DNA from: Leptogorgia sarmentosa
Taxonomy: Eukaryota
Assembly (NCBI GenBank): GCA_964658305.1
Contig: OZ210885.1
Location: 25,668,001 to 25,732,000 of the forward strand
DNA: 64,000 nucleotides
Direction of reading: 5' to 3'
Both the position numbers and the translations under genes were made by a program. The notes beneath the pieces are model-generated. The model was not told the origin of the DNA. It saw only the letters and a program-made list of their open reading frames with translations, and searched no databases. Positions 51,338-64,000 of the stretch are shown here, in pieces (within the stretch, counting starts at the first letter, position 1; every line of letters starts with the position of its first letter).

Positions 51338-53097
51338 TATTTACGAGCGCTAGAGTTGAACGCAGAAGGCGTGAGCAGCGACCGACAAAGGCGTGGGCTG
51401 TACACTTTGGGAAGGCATGCTCCCCGAAACATTTTGAAATCTAGAGTCTCTGAAATGCCATTTCCTGCATTCTGGGGAAAGATTTTACAGAATTCCCATG
51501 GTTAAAAAACAACATTTTTTGTATCAAGATTTACAATTTCTTTAGAAATTAATAGGGTTTTACAGAAACGAAGAGACTGGAAAACATAATAGTTCCCACA
51601 TCTAAAGTCTAAACACTACTTAAATACAAAATTGACCGTTTAGTGCAAAATACATGTACAACTTTAACAAAAGATCAAAACTGTAGGTTTAATGTATACA
51701 TAATTGAATTGATCAATTAATGAATTATGGTGTTACCAGCAGTCTTCTAGGCAACCTCGTACCCAGGGCCTTGGTCCTCGCTCCCGGCTACGGAAAGATC
51801 CTGGCGTCCTTTGGTCACGTGTCTCCCAGATTGTGGGAGATAACAAAAAACAATATTTGGGGTAGGGCCCTATGGAACGCTTTTGTAAAACTTGCAAAAT
51901 TGTGGAGTCTGGAACATGAAATTGTCCAAGTTTAAAGCCGCACGAGGCCCGAAGCAAAAAAGCTAATGATATGCAGATAATTATGTCGGAAATATATTAA
52001 ATTACATATCCTGCAGTGACTGAAGTCGTATCAGGTATCAGGTTACGTTGGGAAGACATGTGCTAGCGCTTATTTCAAAGTTATACTCAATTTGCTGGGA
52101 TGTCTTCCAAAGAAACACTAAATAAAGTCTACAGGACTGTCGTATGTAATGTAGATCCGTCGTCTTGTCGATTTTGCTGTGCTGTTGGAGACGCGAGTCA
52201 CCGTAAGAATATTTTTAAACCTTTAAACCGACATCTACTGAAGATCGCCGAACAGATATGTGGCTGTCCTATTGTAAATGCGTCAGGTCTGCCCCATCTT
52301 ATATGTAGACCGTGCAAGCACAGACTTAAGAACACATTCGAGTTCCGAAAGGTAATGGTTGAGGCCCAACGGTCGTTTCGCGAACGCCAGACCAGTCAAA
52401 CCCAGTCAAAACTATGTGTGGAAGTCTCACCATCTGTTCAACAACTGTCCAGATCTCGTTTGGCGAAAACTACAACAGTGCCATCAGTGAGGATGGCTTT
52501 GTCATTTGATTCTGCTAGTATCGAAGTGAGTACGAATTTGATTTTAATATATATAATTACACTTATAAGAACCTTTAAATATTGTAGTAAGATGCAAAAT
52601 AGTACTAGAATTCATTGCTCAGGTGCGAAGCAATATGCAAATCACCAGCAAATGTAAATTTCATGAACTTAACTGCTTGCATGTACTCGAGTTATACGCC
52701 AAAAATTTAAACAGTTGTAGACCTAGTGGACAAATCAATAATTGTAGATTTCCTGTCTGTATAGACTGACAGCCCTTTGCCTGTAACGCCAAATAAACAT
52801 CTAGACATGCTGCTCAAGGAGGCCGACAAAGAACTCGTTAATGTTGCAAGGAAGGACGAGCCATCTGTGTTAAGAGATGGATCATATAACGGCTTGTGTA
52901 ACAAGTCTTGGATGACCGACGTCGCAAAGGAAATCGCTAACAGATGCCCCATCATTGCTGAGATCCTATCTAGATTGCTTTGATTGACTGCTCAATCACT
53001 GATCCTGAAAGAAAACTAGAGCCCCTGTGCATAATTTACAGCACAATAATGTTTACAAGATGCAAGCATTTAAGCAGGGTTCAACGAATCAACACAA

Positions 53098-55703
53098 TAG
53101 TGATGGGCGATACCAGCTTTTTGGCTTCGATACGATACCGATACCATGAATATCGGTCGATTTCGATACCAAAATCGATACCGATACTCAATTTCTCATG
53201 AATTAAAAATAGCTATTTCAGTGTTTCTGAACAAATTAATAAAACAAGAATTTTAATGTGAACCATATAAACAACGTGTTTTTGTCGCTAACTTTTGCCT
53301 GATCTAACTTAAAATTATTTGCTGCATTACAAGTTTTTATTTAAGAACAGCATAATGTCTACGTTCTTTGCCTTCAGTCTGTTTCGCAGAATAGAGACAA
53401 GTTCCCCAGCCTTGGAAAATAGTCTTTCAGATGGTACAGAAGTTCCAGGAACACACAAATACTTCTTCGCAAGTCTAGAAAGCAGATCGAAACGCTTTTC
53501 GTGCTCTTCCACCATTCCAAAGGGTCGTCTATTCGCGGCAAAAAGTCTTCACCAAGATATGCTTTGACTTCAACTATTGCCTTGGTGGCAGAACTTCTTG
53601 TTTGTTGTGAATGCACAATCTTCTTATCGAAAAGGTCCCACAAACCAGATGGATTTTTTCTCATCATGGCTTTGTGTATCATCATTTTGTGATCCAGCAG
53701 TTGCTTCTGCTTGAGTTCAATCTTGTGCCTCCTCAATGATCCACTGTTCTGCCTGCCGTGAAGCATCTCGATCTGAGAAAGCTATCTTCTTCATTCTTGG
53801 GTCCAAGAATGTTGAGAGGGCAAGGAGATGGGCACGCTCTATTGCAGTATATCTTCGTTGCATTTGGGCACTCAATTCTGATCTAAGTGAAGTTTCCTGA
53901 GAACTTCCAGCAGTCAGCTGACATCTCCTGTGTAGCAGCTTGAAATGGTTGTAGAACAGACAGTGATTCTTCTAGTAGCTTAACATCGGAAGCTGAAAGG
54001 CACAAGTCATTGCGACTAGACAGGCAAACAGCTGTTGTGATAGCTGCATGTTGCTCAAAAATGCGTTCAAACATATAAAAAGTCGAATTCCACCTCGTGT
54101 CAACCTCCTGCATAAGTTTATGTTCAGGAAGTTTAAGCTGAGCTTGAATTTCCTTGAATTGCCTTTACACTTTGATGGAAATAAGTGACAATTAGCTTAC
54201 ATCTTTTCTTCAAATCACTGATGCTTTCACATGACTTAATCGCCTCAGAAACAACCAAGTTTAATGTGTGTGCAAAACAAGAAACATGTGGCCAACCCGT
54301 AATTCTTACAGCTGCAACAATGTTTGAAGCATTATCTGTAACAATGGCAACAACTTTTCTTGATAAATCCCAATTCTGAGCAACTTTCAAGAGGGCATCT
54401 GCTATATGGTGGGTAGTGCGACTCAATTCAAATTTTAAAGTTTCTAGGACCACAGACTTGAGCTCCCACGTAGAGGTGAGGGAATGACATGTGATCGTTA
54501 TATAACTCTCTGTAGTTCTCGAAGTCCATAAGTCACTTGTAAGAGCTACATGTGAAGCTTGTGAAATTTCCTTCTTGATTTCTTCTGCTTTTCTCTTGTA
54601 CATATCAGGCAACATTCTCATTGTGGACTTTCTGGAAAGTGGTTGGTACCTTGGGTCAAGTACATGCAGCAAAGATCGGAATCCCTCATCTTCTACCAAA
54701 GAAACAGGTTGCATGTCCTTAACAATCATATTAAAAACAGCTTCATCAATTGTTTTTCTTTTTGAAGATGTTGAGGAGTATTTGTTTTGTTGCATAAGCG
54801 ATCTCTCTATTGTTGTTTGCTTTGCTTTAGGGGCACTTTTTTGCTTCTTGGTTTGTGCATTTTTCTCCTCATTTTCTTGTCGTTTTTTCTCAGCTTCGTT
54901 AAACTGATTTGGGTGTTTTGACTTCAAGTGCTGCAGGTACATAATATTTGAATAAATTAATTGAATAGGTTTAATATTAAAATGCATTGTCATTGGCATT
55001 TATGTATGAATTACACAGATTTTATATTCTTAATTAAACATACCTTAAATAGATTAGTGGTGTTCAGTGAATGTTTCAAAGACTCTGAGCAGATATTACA
55101 TTGCGCGTTGTCATTTTCATTTGATAGCTTTTTAAAATAATCCCATACTACACTTTTAGTAATAAGCAGACGTTTGCTAAAATTGCCAACTGGCTCCTCA
55201 ACTTCAGTTGAATATTCATCTTATAAAAACGAAAAAATTGCAGATTACTCTTCATAAATCAATATATGGGCATTTCAAACATGTTCAAACTGGATTTATG
55301 TCCCTTGCTTGAACGTTGTTTGCATGTTTCATCATACACATAATCTCCATGTTGGATGAACATTGAACACATTTCAAAGGATTTTTCGTAGTTTGCATTT
55401 TGCAATGCAACTTCCATGCAGCAATGTGGCGAAATTTCATTGTCTTTTAAGTTCCTGGGGAGATTGGTTGCAAGCTACTTATTGTAAATAAAGATTAACA
55501 TGTACCTTCATTCATAATTCATGACATGGCAATTTTGAATTTTCTGGAGCGCAAGCGCATATACAACTGTGTACTATGAAGTATTGCACGATTGACCAGG
55601 AACACTGACCAAAACACAGCAGGCTCAAGTGGTATCGATTTGTCGATTCTTTGAGCGAGTATCGATGATTTCGATACCAAATCGATAGTATCGCTAATCA
55701 CTA
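53098..55703 (-). mobile_element. hAT (ZBED1/Ac-like) transposon with both ends
   Basis: TIRs TAGTGATGGGCGATAC / GTATCGCTAATCACTA; perfect 8-bp TSD CAACACAA at 53090-53097 and 55704-55711; subterminal CGATAC repeats. Confidence 0.93.
53327..55200 (-). pseudogene. hAT transposase with a BED finger exon, frameshifted
   Basis: VWDYF...CNIC...TTNLFK|HLKSKH; TSDLWTS; VTDNASN; CFAHTLNL; VDTRWNST; PGTSVPSERLFSKAG. Confidence 0.93.
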
Positions 55704-58700
55704 CAACACAATTCTTCTGACAGAAGGCAAAGCCACAACAAAGGTATACAGATAGTAAAACGTATACAAATAAGGCATACAAAGGTATGCCTTATCTACA
55801 ACAATGGACTTGACTCTCCAAATACTGACCAAAATAAATTGCAAATGTTGCAATTTATAAGCAATCCTACTTGTCAATGGGTCAAGTATCGCCTGGACAA
55901 TTAAGTAAAATTGGTTGAGCAGTAAGACATCCAACAAATCAATGAATAATCAAGCAATATGTTATTGTAGGTTACTAATGTCCGGTATTTTTCCATTTTT
56001 AGCTAATTGATGGATTCAATATGGATTCTGCTTGAGCTCTTCCAAGAAATATGTAGTTCTTGAGGAAATTGGCAAGCACTTTCTGGATCATGCCATTGAG
56101 CTTGTTAAATGCTTGTTAAATCTGGCAAGAATTTCGTCTATGTTGTAGATAACATACACTGGGTCGAGAAAGTTCATGATATGAGGGCAATTCATCAAAA
56201 CAAGAATGTTCATGCAGTCGCAACCAGTCTGGTATTTAGCCGTGTGTCCAGTAACCATCTAGATGATTACAGTCCACAAAAAGACATTAAAAGTTGTAAC
56301 TTGTTTCGCTATCAGATGATGAAATTAGACTGATTTAGTATCGGTACAAAATGTTGGTGGCTAGGATTCTGTTGAAGCACTTCAAGAAATTCTCCAGAAT
56401 CAAATCTTACATTTCTGGGGACATTGATCTATTACATGAAAACTCTGAAGCATCTGCCATCAAATCAGATATCACTATGCCTGTTTTGATGAAAGATGAA
56501 AAAAAGTACAGTGATTGTGTTGATGTTCTGGATCAATTCGAAGAGTGGACACATGAAATGTATAAATCTAGTGGTCATTGCAAAGATCTTGAAGCAGATC
56601 AACCCCCTGTCTGTCATCCCGTCATATCAGCTACAACAAGACCGGATCAACCAAGATCTCATGTCCCACCTGTTATGTCTGAGTCTGATCCACTCCAAGG
56701 GATAAAAATCCCTTGCTTTGGTGATGAGTTGACAAGAGTGAGGTTTGCTGGTGCATGTGATCTTCATTCTGGCTGTCATACAGCAAAACAACGTCTGGAT
56801 AACTTATATCCCTATCGGATTGTTGGGTGGCACACAACGAGAAGCTTTCTGAAGGTACATGTATGCTTAAACTGAAGTAATGTTACTAATTGCAAAGTTT
56901 TCACGAAGGGTATTACTTTACTTCAGACTGATAAATTGAGTATTGACTGAATTGGCAAATTAAAAATGGAATGCGATTAAACTTCATACTTAAAATTTCT
57001 ATCCTATCTTTTGTAAGCCATCACATGTACTGTTTTCAGTTACACAATAGAAAGTGTTACAAGATTGTTAATTGATTGACACAAGTTAAGTGATTGTCAA
57101 TGTACATTTTTAGTGTACAGTATTGTGATGAGTGGGGAAAATTCAGATCAGTCATCGAGTCATTCAGCTATTCAGTCATAGTGTAAACTCCGGGGGGAGC
57201 GTCCCAATTTCTGTTGATGTGCGAAACTCCTTAGTGTACTGATATCCTTTCAATTTTTAAGCAAAAATTATCCAATTGTAACGTTATACTATTGTTCATC
57301 ATTGTTTGCAGTTATTCGTATGGATAAGAAATATAGCTTGGGAAGTAATGTAATCTAAGTTGCCTCAAGTTTTAGTACACAATGCTGCAAAGCCCCTGGA
57401 ATTTGGATTTTTGCGAAAATTGCAACTCGGCAAACTCGGCACGTGTTCGTGGGATGAAATATTTGTGTAATACAATATGGCGGACGCTAAGGAGTGCGAA
57501 ATTGAATCAGTAATGTGGCCAAGTTTCAACAATGTTTGAACATGTTGCCAAAGCGGTTAAAATGTTATTTGAATATCTGCGATGAATCTAGAAAACAAGT
57601 ATGGGTTGTCATGAACAAAAATAGCCATAGCCCATACTATCAACTGCTGCCGTGGATATTATAAATCTGCATACATTTTTTAGTTTGCCATATTTGCCAT
57701 TTTGCCTTGAGGGTACACTTAATGCAGTAACACTGTAAACTCGTCGCAACAAGAAAACCATAATTTTAAATCTTATTTAGTTCATACGATTGATATATAA
57801 TGGTCAGTGTACTTGCTTCACACATTTATTTGAATGTGTTTGTTTCCATTTGTTCTCACCATCGTCGCGGCCTAGCGGTTATGGAAATATTCCCATTCAT
57901 GTAAAAGAATAATTTACTAGAATCAAATTCAGCCAGTTGCTCACTTTTGCCTTGTAATCTATTTTAGTCGACTAAATAGACGACATGATTCATGATCATA
58001 CTGATAGAAAATAGTCGACAGCTTCAGTAAGCTTGGGTTGCTTGTCTAGATTGTTTACATGATTAGTAGAATTAAACTATATATGTAGGCGAACAAAAGT
58101 AAATTTAACGTTGGCCTAAAATTGTGAATAGACTGAATTTCTATTACACCGCAGAGGTAACCTACAGGTTATACATTTGTTGAGTACTGTATAATCGCCC
58201 GTTCATTGTTACACTCCTTATTATTATTATTATAACATGAAGGTCAGAGGTCACAGATTCAACATAAATAATGTTGAGCACGCGAAATTTGAAAGGGCGG
58301 ATTTCCTTTTTTTGGCTATAAAGTCTTTTAAATTTTTTTATTACATCAAGCTGATGGAATGGAATGATTTTTAACAGCAATTCGGATCACAACAGGCCGG
58401 CAAGCGACATCAGCTTTAGCTCAATATCTTCGTAGAAACTTTGCACTATCCTTGGATTCCTAGTTTAGTCTGTTTTCAAACGACTGTACAAAAATTCATC
58501 AAGAGAAAGTGGCACTTTGAGGTATTTCAGAGAAGTCCTTAACAGAAGAAATGTGACTCTCGACATGAAGCATTACGAAGATTGCGAGCAACTTTCCATG
58601 AGCGTTGGTCACTGCTACCTTGTTAAAGCACTGCTCGAGTTTTTCAAGATAGCAAATGTGGATGAGACACCCAATGGAAATAACACTTTCATATATGGTG

Positions 58701-58810
58701 ACATAAGTGATGAAGAAAAGAAAGAACACTTATTAACTGTTCTAGAGAAATTTGTAGACGAGTATCTTTTCACAACCCTAGGTGACGACGCAATTTTTTT
58801 TTCCGTAGAC

Positions 58811-59199
58811 AGTCGGACCCTCTGAGATAGTCGGATTCCTCCTTTATTATCATATTGCATTAGCATTAGGAATAAGCATTATAAAGGTTTTGAATGTAAG
58901 ACCTGGCAGCTTGAGCGGTTGGTGTAGTGGTAAGCATGCGGACTGCATGCAACGTGCCTGGGTTCGATCCCCATCCGGGCGTTATTTTTTTCGTCATTTT
59001 TTTAAAATTCTGCCAAAGATATTTGAGCGATTTATTTTGAAATACACCTGTACTTAAGATTTTCTTTCACAATTTTATTTATGTTCAAGGTTAGGGTCAG
59101 AACTACCGTTTGGGTAAGTGTTAGTAGTATCAATTGGTCATGGGAAAGAGTCTGGACGCTAATAAAGGAGGAGTCCAACCATCTCATAGGGGTTCGACT
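58811..59199. mobile_element. MITE with imperfect TIRs of about 38 bp containing a tRNA-derived segment
   Basis: AGTCGGACCCTCTGAGATAGTCGGATTCCTCCTTTATT versus AATAAAGGAGGAGTCCAACCATCTCATAGGGGTTCGACT. Confidence 0.75.
58913..58990 (+). promoter_or_regulatory. tRNA-derived Pol III promoter (A and B boxes) with an oligo-T terminator
   Basis: A box TGGTGTAGTGG at 58920-58930, B box GGTTCGATCCC at 58961-58971, T run near 58985. No complete cloverleaf. Confidence 0.65.
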
Positions 59200-61816
59200 T
59201 GATACTTCTCCATGACACTGGTGTACTTCTTGCGGAAATCGGGATTTCTTTCCATTTTTGATTTCAAGGATTTTAGTCGCATCTCGGCTGTGTGAAAGTT
59301 GTCGGGGAGTTGTGGTGGAACGCGTTTAAAGGGAAGTCCTATTTGGTAATGTACGTCTTTCAGTGTTGCTGTATTACCCATGATCTCATGTGCGTAGCGA
59401 TCCTCGATGGACATATCTTCTTCAACATCGTCATTGATTTCGTCAAATTCCGCATTGAACATCCGCTCCAATTTCTGCTCCAAGGCGCTGTACTCTGAGC
59501 GGACAAAGTTGACAGATACTTCTCCACTCGATTCTCCCATTGGCCCCTAGACAGTCCAACCCAAAGGTGTCTTTACGGCACACGGTTCCCCTTTCTTTCC
59601 GTCCTGTCGATCCAGATAGTTATCAATTATGTCCGGGCGATCACCTCCTATCAGAACCGTGACCTGCTCTGCTTCAGTTTCGGGCAAGACTAGGTCTCGT
59701 AAGTGTGGCCATTCTTGAATCTCCTCTCTGGTAACTACGTGCCTGGGTGTAACTGGCAAGCTATCGGTTGTCAGTACGCCCTCAAGATGGAACCTTTCGC
59801 CCCCTGATGCCGATCGTATATCTAACCGCACTTCATGTCCTTTCTTTCGCTGATGGCCACTCACCGTTGTCACTGTATACTCAGTTGGCTCTGCATCCGT
59901 AACCCCTAGCTCTTGAACTAGACTTTGTAGACAAAGGGTTGTATCGGAACCGCCGTCCAAAAACGCGTACGTATCAATCTCCTTGTGACTGGTCGAACAG
60001 CTCACCTTGACAGGCATAACCTTAAAACAGACCCGCGGACGACTAGCTTTGACCGCGCCGATGTTGACTGGTTGATCAAGGGTACAAACAGCTGCCGAAG
60101 AAGTTTCTTGCTTCTCGAATTTATCATTCTGGGTCGTCACACCTTTGATCGAGCTTCCACCGTTGGCCTTCTCATCTGGACTCTTGCCATTAGAACCATC
60201 GTTTCCATCGCTTTGGTCAACGTGAATGAGAAAATGGTGATCTTTACCACAACCGTCCTTGCGACATGTGAATCCACTCTTACACGATCTAGCGAAGTGA
60301 CCTTCTTCAAGACATACTCTACAAAGCTTGTGGTGCTTAACGATTCTCAAACGCTCCTTTAGGGGTAACCCTTTGAATGTTGGACATCTCCAAATGCTGT
60401 GTGGTCTAGAGCATTGGGAGCTCCTGGGAATCGGTGGCTCTTGGAGACTCAGGAGCAGGATGGACCATCTGTGATTTTTCCACCTCAATCTTGTCCAAAT
60501 TCCCCTCCAGATATGCGTTCATACCGTCGATCCCTGCGTCATCGGGTATTTGATCAATGACATAATGGATCTTTGCATGTTTTAATTCGGCCTCTGCGTT
60601 CAACAATTTAAGTTTCCGTCTAAGTTCGGTTTTGCTTTGCTCAGTCACTTCTAGTTGGCGTTCCAATTCCTGCTTCTCTCTTAAAGTCTGTATTTTCAAT
60701 TTCGCCTCTTCCACTAGCCTTCTTTTTTCCTTCGCACTGCTTCTACTAGTTGCTGTACTATATCTACTTCTGGCAGATCTTAAGCTATGACCTAACTCTG
60801 ATGAAGTTTCTCCATATTTTTCTCGATTCTTCATCCACAATTCGACCGTATAATCCAGCTGTATTTTGACATCCCGCTGATCGTTGTAATTTTCAATCAT
60901 CAAATCCCGTTTCTCAATATTATCCTCACATTGCATATATTTCTCATGGCTACTAACAAGTTTGTGGAATGTTTCTTCACACATGTCCATCCTCATGTTT
61001 ACCTGTTCTGGTTTTGCCTCAAAGTCCTCTGTCAATCGCTGTACTTCGAGAAGTTCCTTCCGAAATTCCTTCACGCGTCTTGATCTTTCAAGCTTTGCAG
61101 TCGCCACTTTCTCATTTGCTTGGCTTTCCGATTCTATTTTATCCTCTCCGTCATTGGGCTTGCTGCTAGCTGGTTCTTCCAGTATTTCTTCTACACTTGT
61201 ATCCTTGGCAACTACTTCTGCTATCTCGGTATTTGATAATGGTCTATTAACTTCATTACCACTATCCTTCACAATACTAGCTTTCGGTGCTTCCACTACG
61301 GATTCAAGTGTTTCCATACATTTCTCACCTTCATTAACAACATTGTTCTTGTCTGCCTGCGCAGATTTGGTCTTTTTCGGAAAGCTCTTCTTTTTCTTTG
61401 TACTGATCTTAGGTGGCATCGTACAAACTTCGGTTACTCGGAAGAAATAACTTCGAATGATGTAGCCTTCAAATACTACCTTTACCGTTAGACATATTTC
61501 ACACTGATTTCACAAACTTTATTCTCGTGCGTAGAGCACCAGATTCGCTACAATGAATACAATTATTACACATTAGTAATCGTTAGATATTAGAAAAGAG
61601 TTTATAACAAACAGAAAAGATAGATTAATTAGGAAAACGTACAAGTTATTGTGATTATCCAAGAAAAATGTCCCTTTTGAGTTTCGAACGTCAAACTTGC
61701 GATTCCAGCGTGTTTTGCGCCCGCTGTCCTACCGCTCCTGGTCTCTACTTCATGTAACATCTTACAAGAGGTGTGAGTAGAACCTCGAGTAGAACGTGCT
61801 TTGTCAAAACGCTACA
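59200..61816 (-). mobile_element. BEL/Pao remnant (gag with internal deletion, knuckles, protease); candidate LTR 61461-61816
   Basis: CRVCLEEGHFARSC, CRKDGCGKDHHFLIH, YAFLDGGSDTTLC, AVKTPLGWTV and HYQIGLPFK motifs. Candidate LTR has TGTAGC...GCTACA ends and a minus-strand AATAAA near 61520; its boundary is uncertain. Confidence 0.85.
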
Positions 61817-62323
61817 CTAAATTTTGTTTTAAAACCCTTGTATCGCATCAACAACCATGAAAAGAAAATACTTCTGATTCCTCAACACACAGTACATGAA
61901 AAGCCCGTTTAGAAATCGCTTTACAAAGCTTGGAAATTAGACCTTCGACGAACAAGGTTAGAACAACACACACTTGCGATTTGCAAAACACGCCACAGTA
62001 AATCGCATACGTCACGAGTTAATTTGCTGAAAGTTCGATACATCATCGGTAGAGATAACAACGTTTGAGTATTAGTGTTTACCTTGAGTGCTCGTGACGT
62101 CAAAATATGTCATATTCGTTGTCGAAACACAGCTTGCCTGCCAGAAATTTTACGCTTACATAGCATTACGTTGCTTAGCAACGTAGACGCAAAAACTAAT
62201 CTAGGCGGGTATAGTGTTGATTATAATAAATATAGTACATAGTCAGTGTCGAAAAGGTAATTATTGTGCAAAATAGAAAGAAAAGAAAATAAACAACAAT
62301 TAATTAACAGCCTAAGAAGAAAA

Positions 62324-62357
<34 letters not shown>
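62324..62357. repeat. (TA)n microsatellite followed by poly-T
   Basis: Directly visible in the sequence. Confidence 0.9.
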
Positions 62358-62369
<12 letters not shown>

Positions 62370-62642
62370 TAACTTATATGTTTTATCTTTGATATTATCG
62401 TAGAGACAACAAACATCCTCGCTTTCCAAGACCTGGAAAAGTATTGCATTTATGCATTCTGTCTTGCTGAACTATTAGATTACGTATAGATATGCCTTTT
62501 TGTACCAAGGTGTTGCATTTCCACAGCTCGTTTACTGGGCATGCGATGTTGATAATAAGATTCTTTACCCAGGTTTGGGATAATTTGGGCTAGGGGTAAA
62601 ATTCCCCTAGCTATTTTATTAAAGAGCAGATTAAATTATTAA

Positions 62643-64000
62643 GAGCAGATTTCTGTAAGGACTGGGTGAAATTCAAAAAGTTTGACACATGAGTCGAAAA
62701 TCGGGTATCTTCAAATTTTGTTCAAAGATAGCCTATGGTAGACTAATAAACGTGGCAAGTTGCTTTGGTCATAGTCTGGCGTTCATCTCGAGAAAATTCG
62801 CGAAAACCGTTTTGAGCCGTTTTTACAGGTGGCATGAACAAATTGCAGCTGAATATAGTAATTTAAGACAAAAATATTAACAATCGATGCATTTTTGACA
62901 TTTTGGCGAGACGACAAAGATGGTTCATATTTCATTACTTGAAAATCTAAATTTAGAGCATATTTTCAAAATGAAAATTATCCCCGCTGTATGACTCAGA
63001 TTTATCTCAAATTTCGTCTACAACACGTGGAAGGGTTCTACTTATTCCCAAAATAAAAATATGTCGAATAGATATTGTTGCGGTAAAGAAATACCGCGCG
63101 GAATTTACCTAAAATCACAACTTTGAGCAGTTAACGATCACAATGATCAATACTTTAAAGAAACAAAAACTAATCAGAATTATCAACTAACCGACTTAAG
63201 CAGGTTTAGAGATTACATAATAACTTTACCTTACACAAAATATCGTCCAAGATCGATTCTGCGAGGTTCCGTGAAGAATCTCTACTTTTAGTCTGAGTAT
63301 AAAGTCCGTGGACAAGTGAACGCTCAGGTGGTTTTGAGGCGCAGACACCATAATATTGCTGCCACATGCGAGCTTTAACTCCCCAGTTTTGATTCGTACC
63401 GTTGGCACAGAATATAATTCCAGTGATAAGGAATAAAACATACCTTCTAATAATAATATTAAAGTAGAATAAACAGGAATTATATTCTGTGTAGACGAAG
63501 GCTAAACATCCCTCAAATCTTGGGGAAATCCACGTGACGGGCAACAAGCTTCCGTTCACCTATTCGCAGTCCATACAGCAAATGATTTCTGCAGAGACTG
63601 TGCGCAGGCTAGTCAATACCTGAATAGAGATAACAAACAACATATTTCCCAATGATAACATGATTAAAACAATCGTCATTGACGACACGTGCAGCCAAGA
63701 CACAATGCCTCGATCTTTTCTATGTACGGCTGTTTACGTCTAACCGCTTTAATGTCTCCAGTTTCAATCCCCAGTGATTCGCAAATCTCCCGTAAGATAG
63801 AAATGCTAAATTTTGTAAATTTGAAGCTTGACGCCATTTCACATTGGTTCTAAGCATCAAATGTGATTGGGTGAGTGGGCCCCAAGTCATGCAAAACTTT
63901 TTGTGTAAGCTCCTCAATTTGCGCTTCCTTCAAGGCGTTGTGGGTGTCGTCGAGTTGATCTTCCTGCCCATCATCGTTTTCAGGAAGACTTTTCTTAGCT
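62643..64000 (-). mobile_element. Second, divergent Sola3 element: terminus plus transposase C-terminus (63676-64000), continuing beyond the window
   Basis: TTAA|GAGCAGATTTCTGTAA resembles TTAA|GAGGCAATCTCTGTAA. A minus frame not in the ORF track reads HPITFDA*NQCEMA...LREICESL...IEKIEALCLGCTCRQ*, matching HPITYDIYNICKLA...LKEICSHF...GCSCNT of the first Sola3. Confidence 0.8.

Larger units (their letters stand above)
51752..58800 (+). mobile_element. Academ transposon remnant (left terminus plus multi-exon transposase), interrupted by a hAT and truncated on the right
   Basis: Terminus CAACCTCGTACCCAGGG; N-terminal CxxC...CxxC exon at 52100; LSRVQRINT|ILL across the hAT; VDNIHW..KVHDMR, PVLMKDEKKYSDCVDVLD, FGDELTRVRFAGA, GWH and LNRRNVT..KHYEDCEQL motifs. 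Confidence 0.78.

Noticed and set aside
58913..58985. Functional tRNA gene
   Set aside because: A and B boxes are present, but I could not form acceptor and anticodon stems, and it sits inside a MITE.
61420..62160. Self-priming signal in the third BEL (and at 22988 for the second)
   Set aside because: LTR limits are uncertain and only 6-7 nt matches were found, which is chance level.
173..63917. Most short 60-160 aa ORFs in the track
   Set aside because: They are antisense or alternate-frame shadows of transposon genes, or chance ORFs in TIRs and AT-rich DNA, with no recognisable motifs.

Overview
This is not prokaryotic DNA. It is an AT-rich animal genome segment; the transposon repertoire and GT-AG introns suggest a marine invertebrate, probably a cnidarian (inference). 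I see no ordinary host gene, rRNA or CRISPR array. The window is almost entirely nested transposable elements from at least 12 groups: Kolobok (transposase plus KolX), PIF/Harbinger, piggyBac, Merlin, ISL2EU, Sola3 (x2), hAT, Academ, a PIF1-helicase/OB-fold (Helitron-like) remnant, DIRS-like (tyrosine recombinase plus ALOG), Gypsy, BEL/Pao (x3) and a CR1/L2-group LINE. It also holds several MITEs, two tandem arrays, a broken protein kinase and an unassigned RAG1/Transib-like transposase. Several elements keep both ends and target-site duplications (TSDs), so insertion order can be reconstructed. Best leads: (1) a young full-length BEL/Pao element has no tRNA primer-binding site, and the sequence in that position is a perfect 14-nt complement of its own LTR, suggesting Tf1-style self-priming; (2) a 2.6-kb ISL2EU foldback whose precise removal restores a Gypsy gag-TAG-protease frame, implying A^T insertion without a TSD; (3) an intron-containing piggyBac at a TCAA/TTAA site inside a Merlin transposase; (4) a minus-strand bias of transposon ORFs compatible with a uni-strand piRNA cluster. 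All family calls come from reading motifs by eye; no database searches were run.
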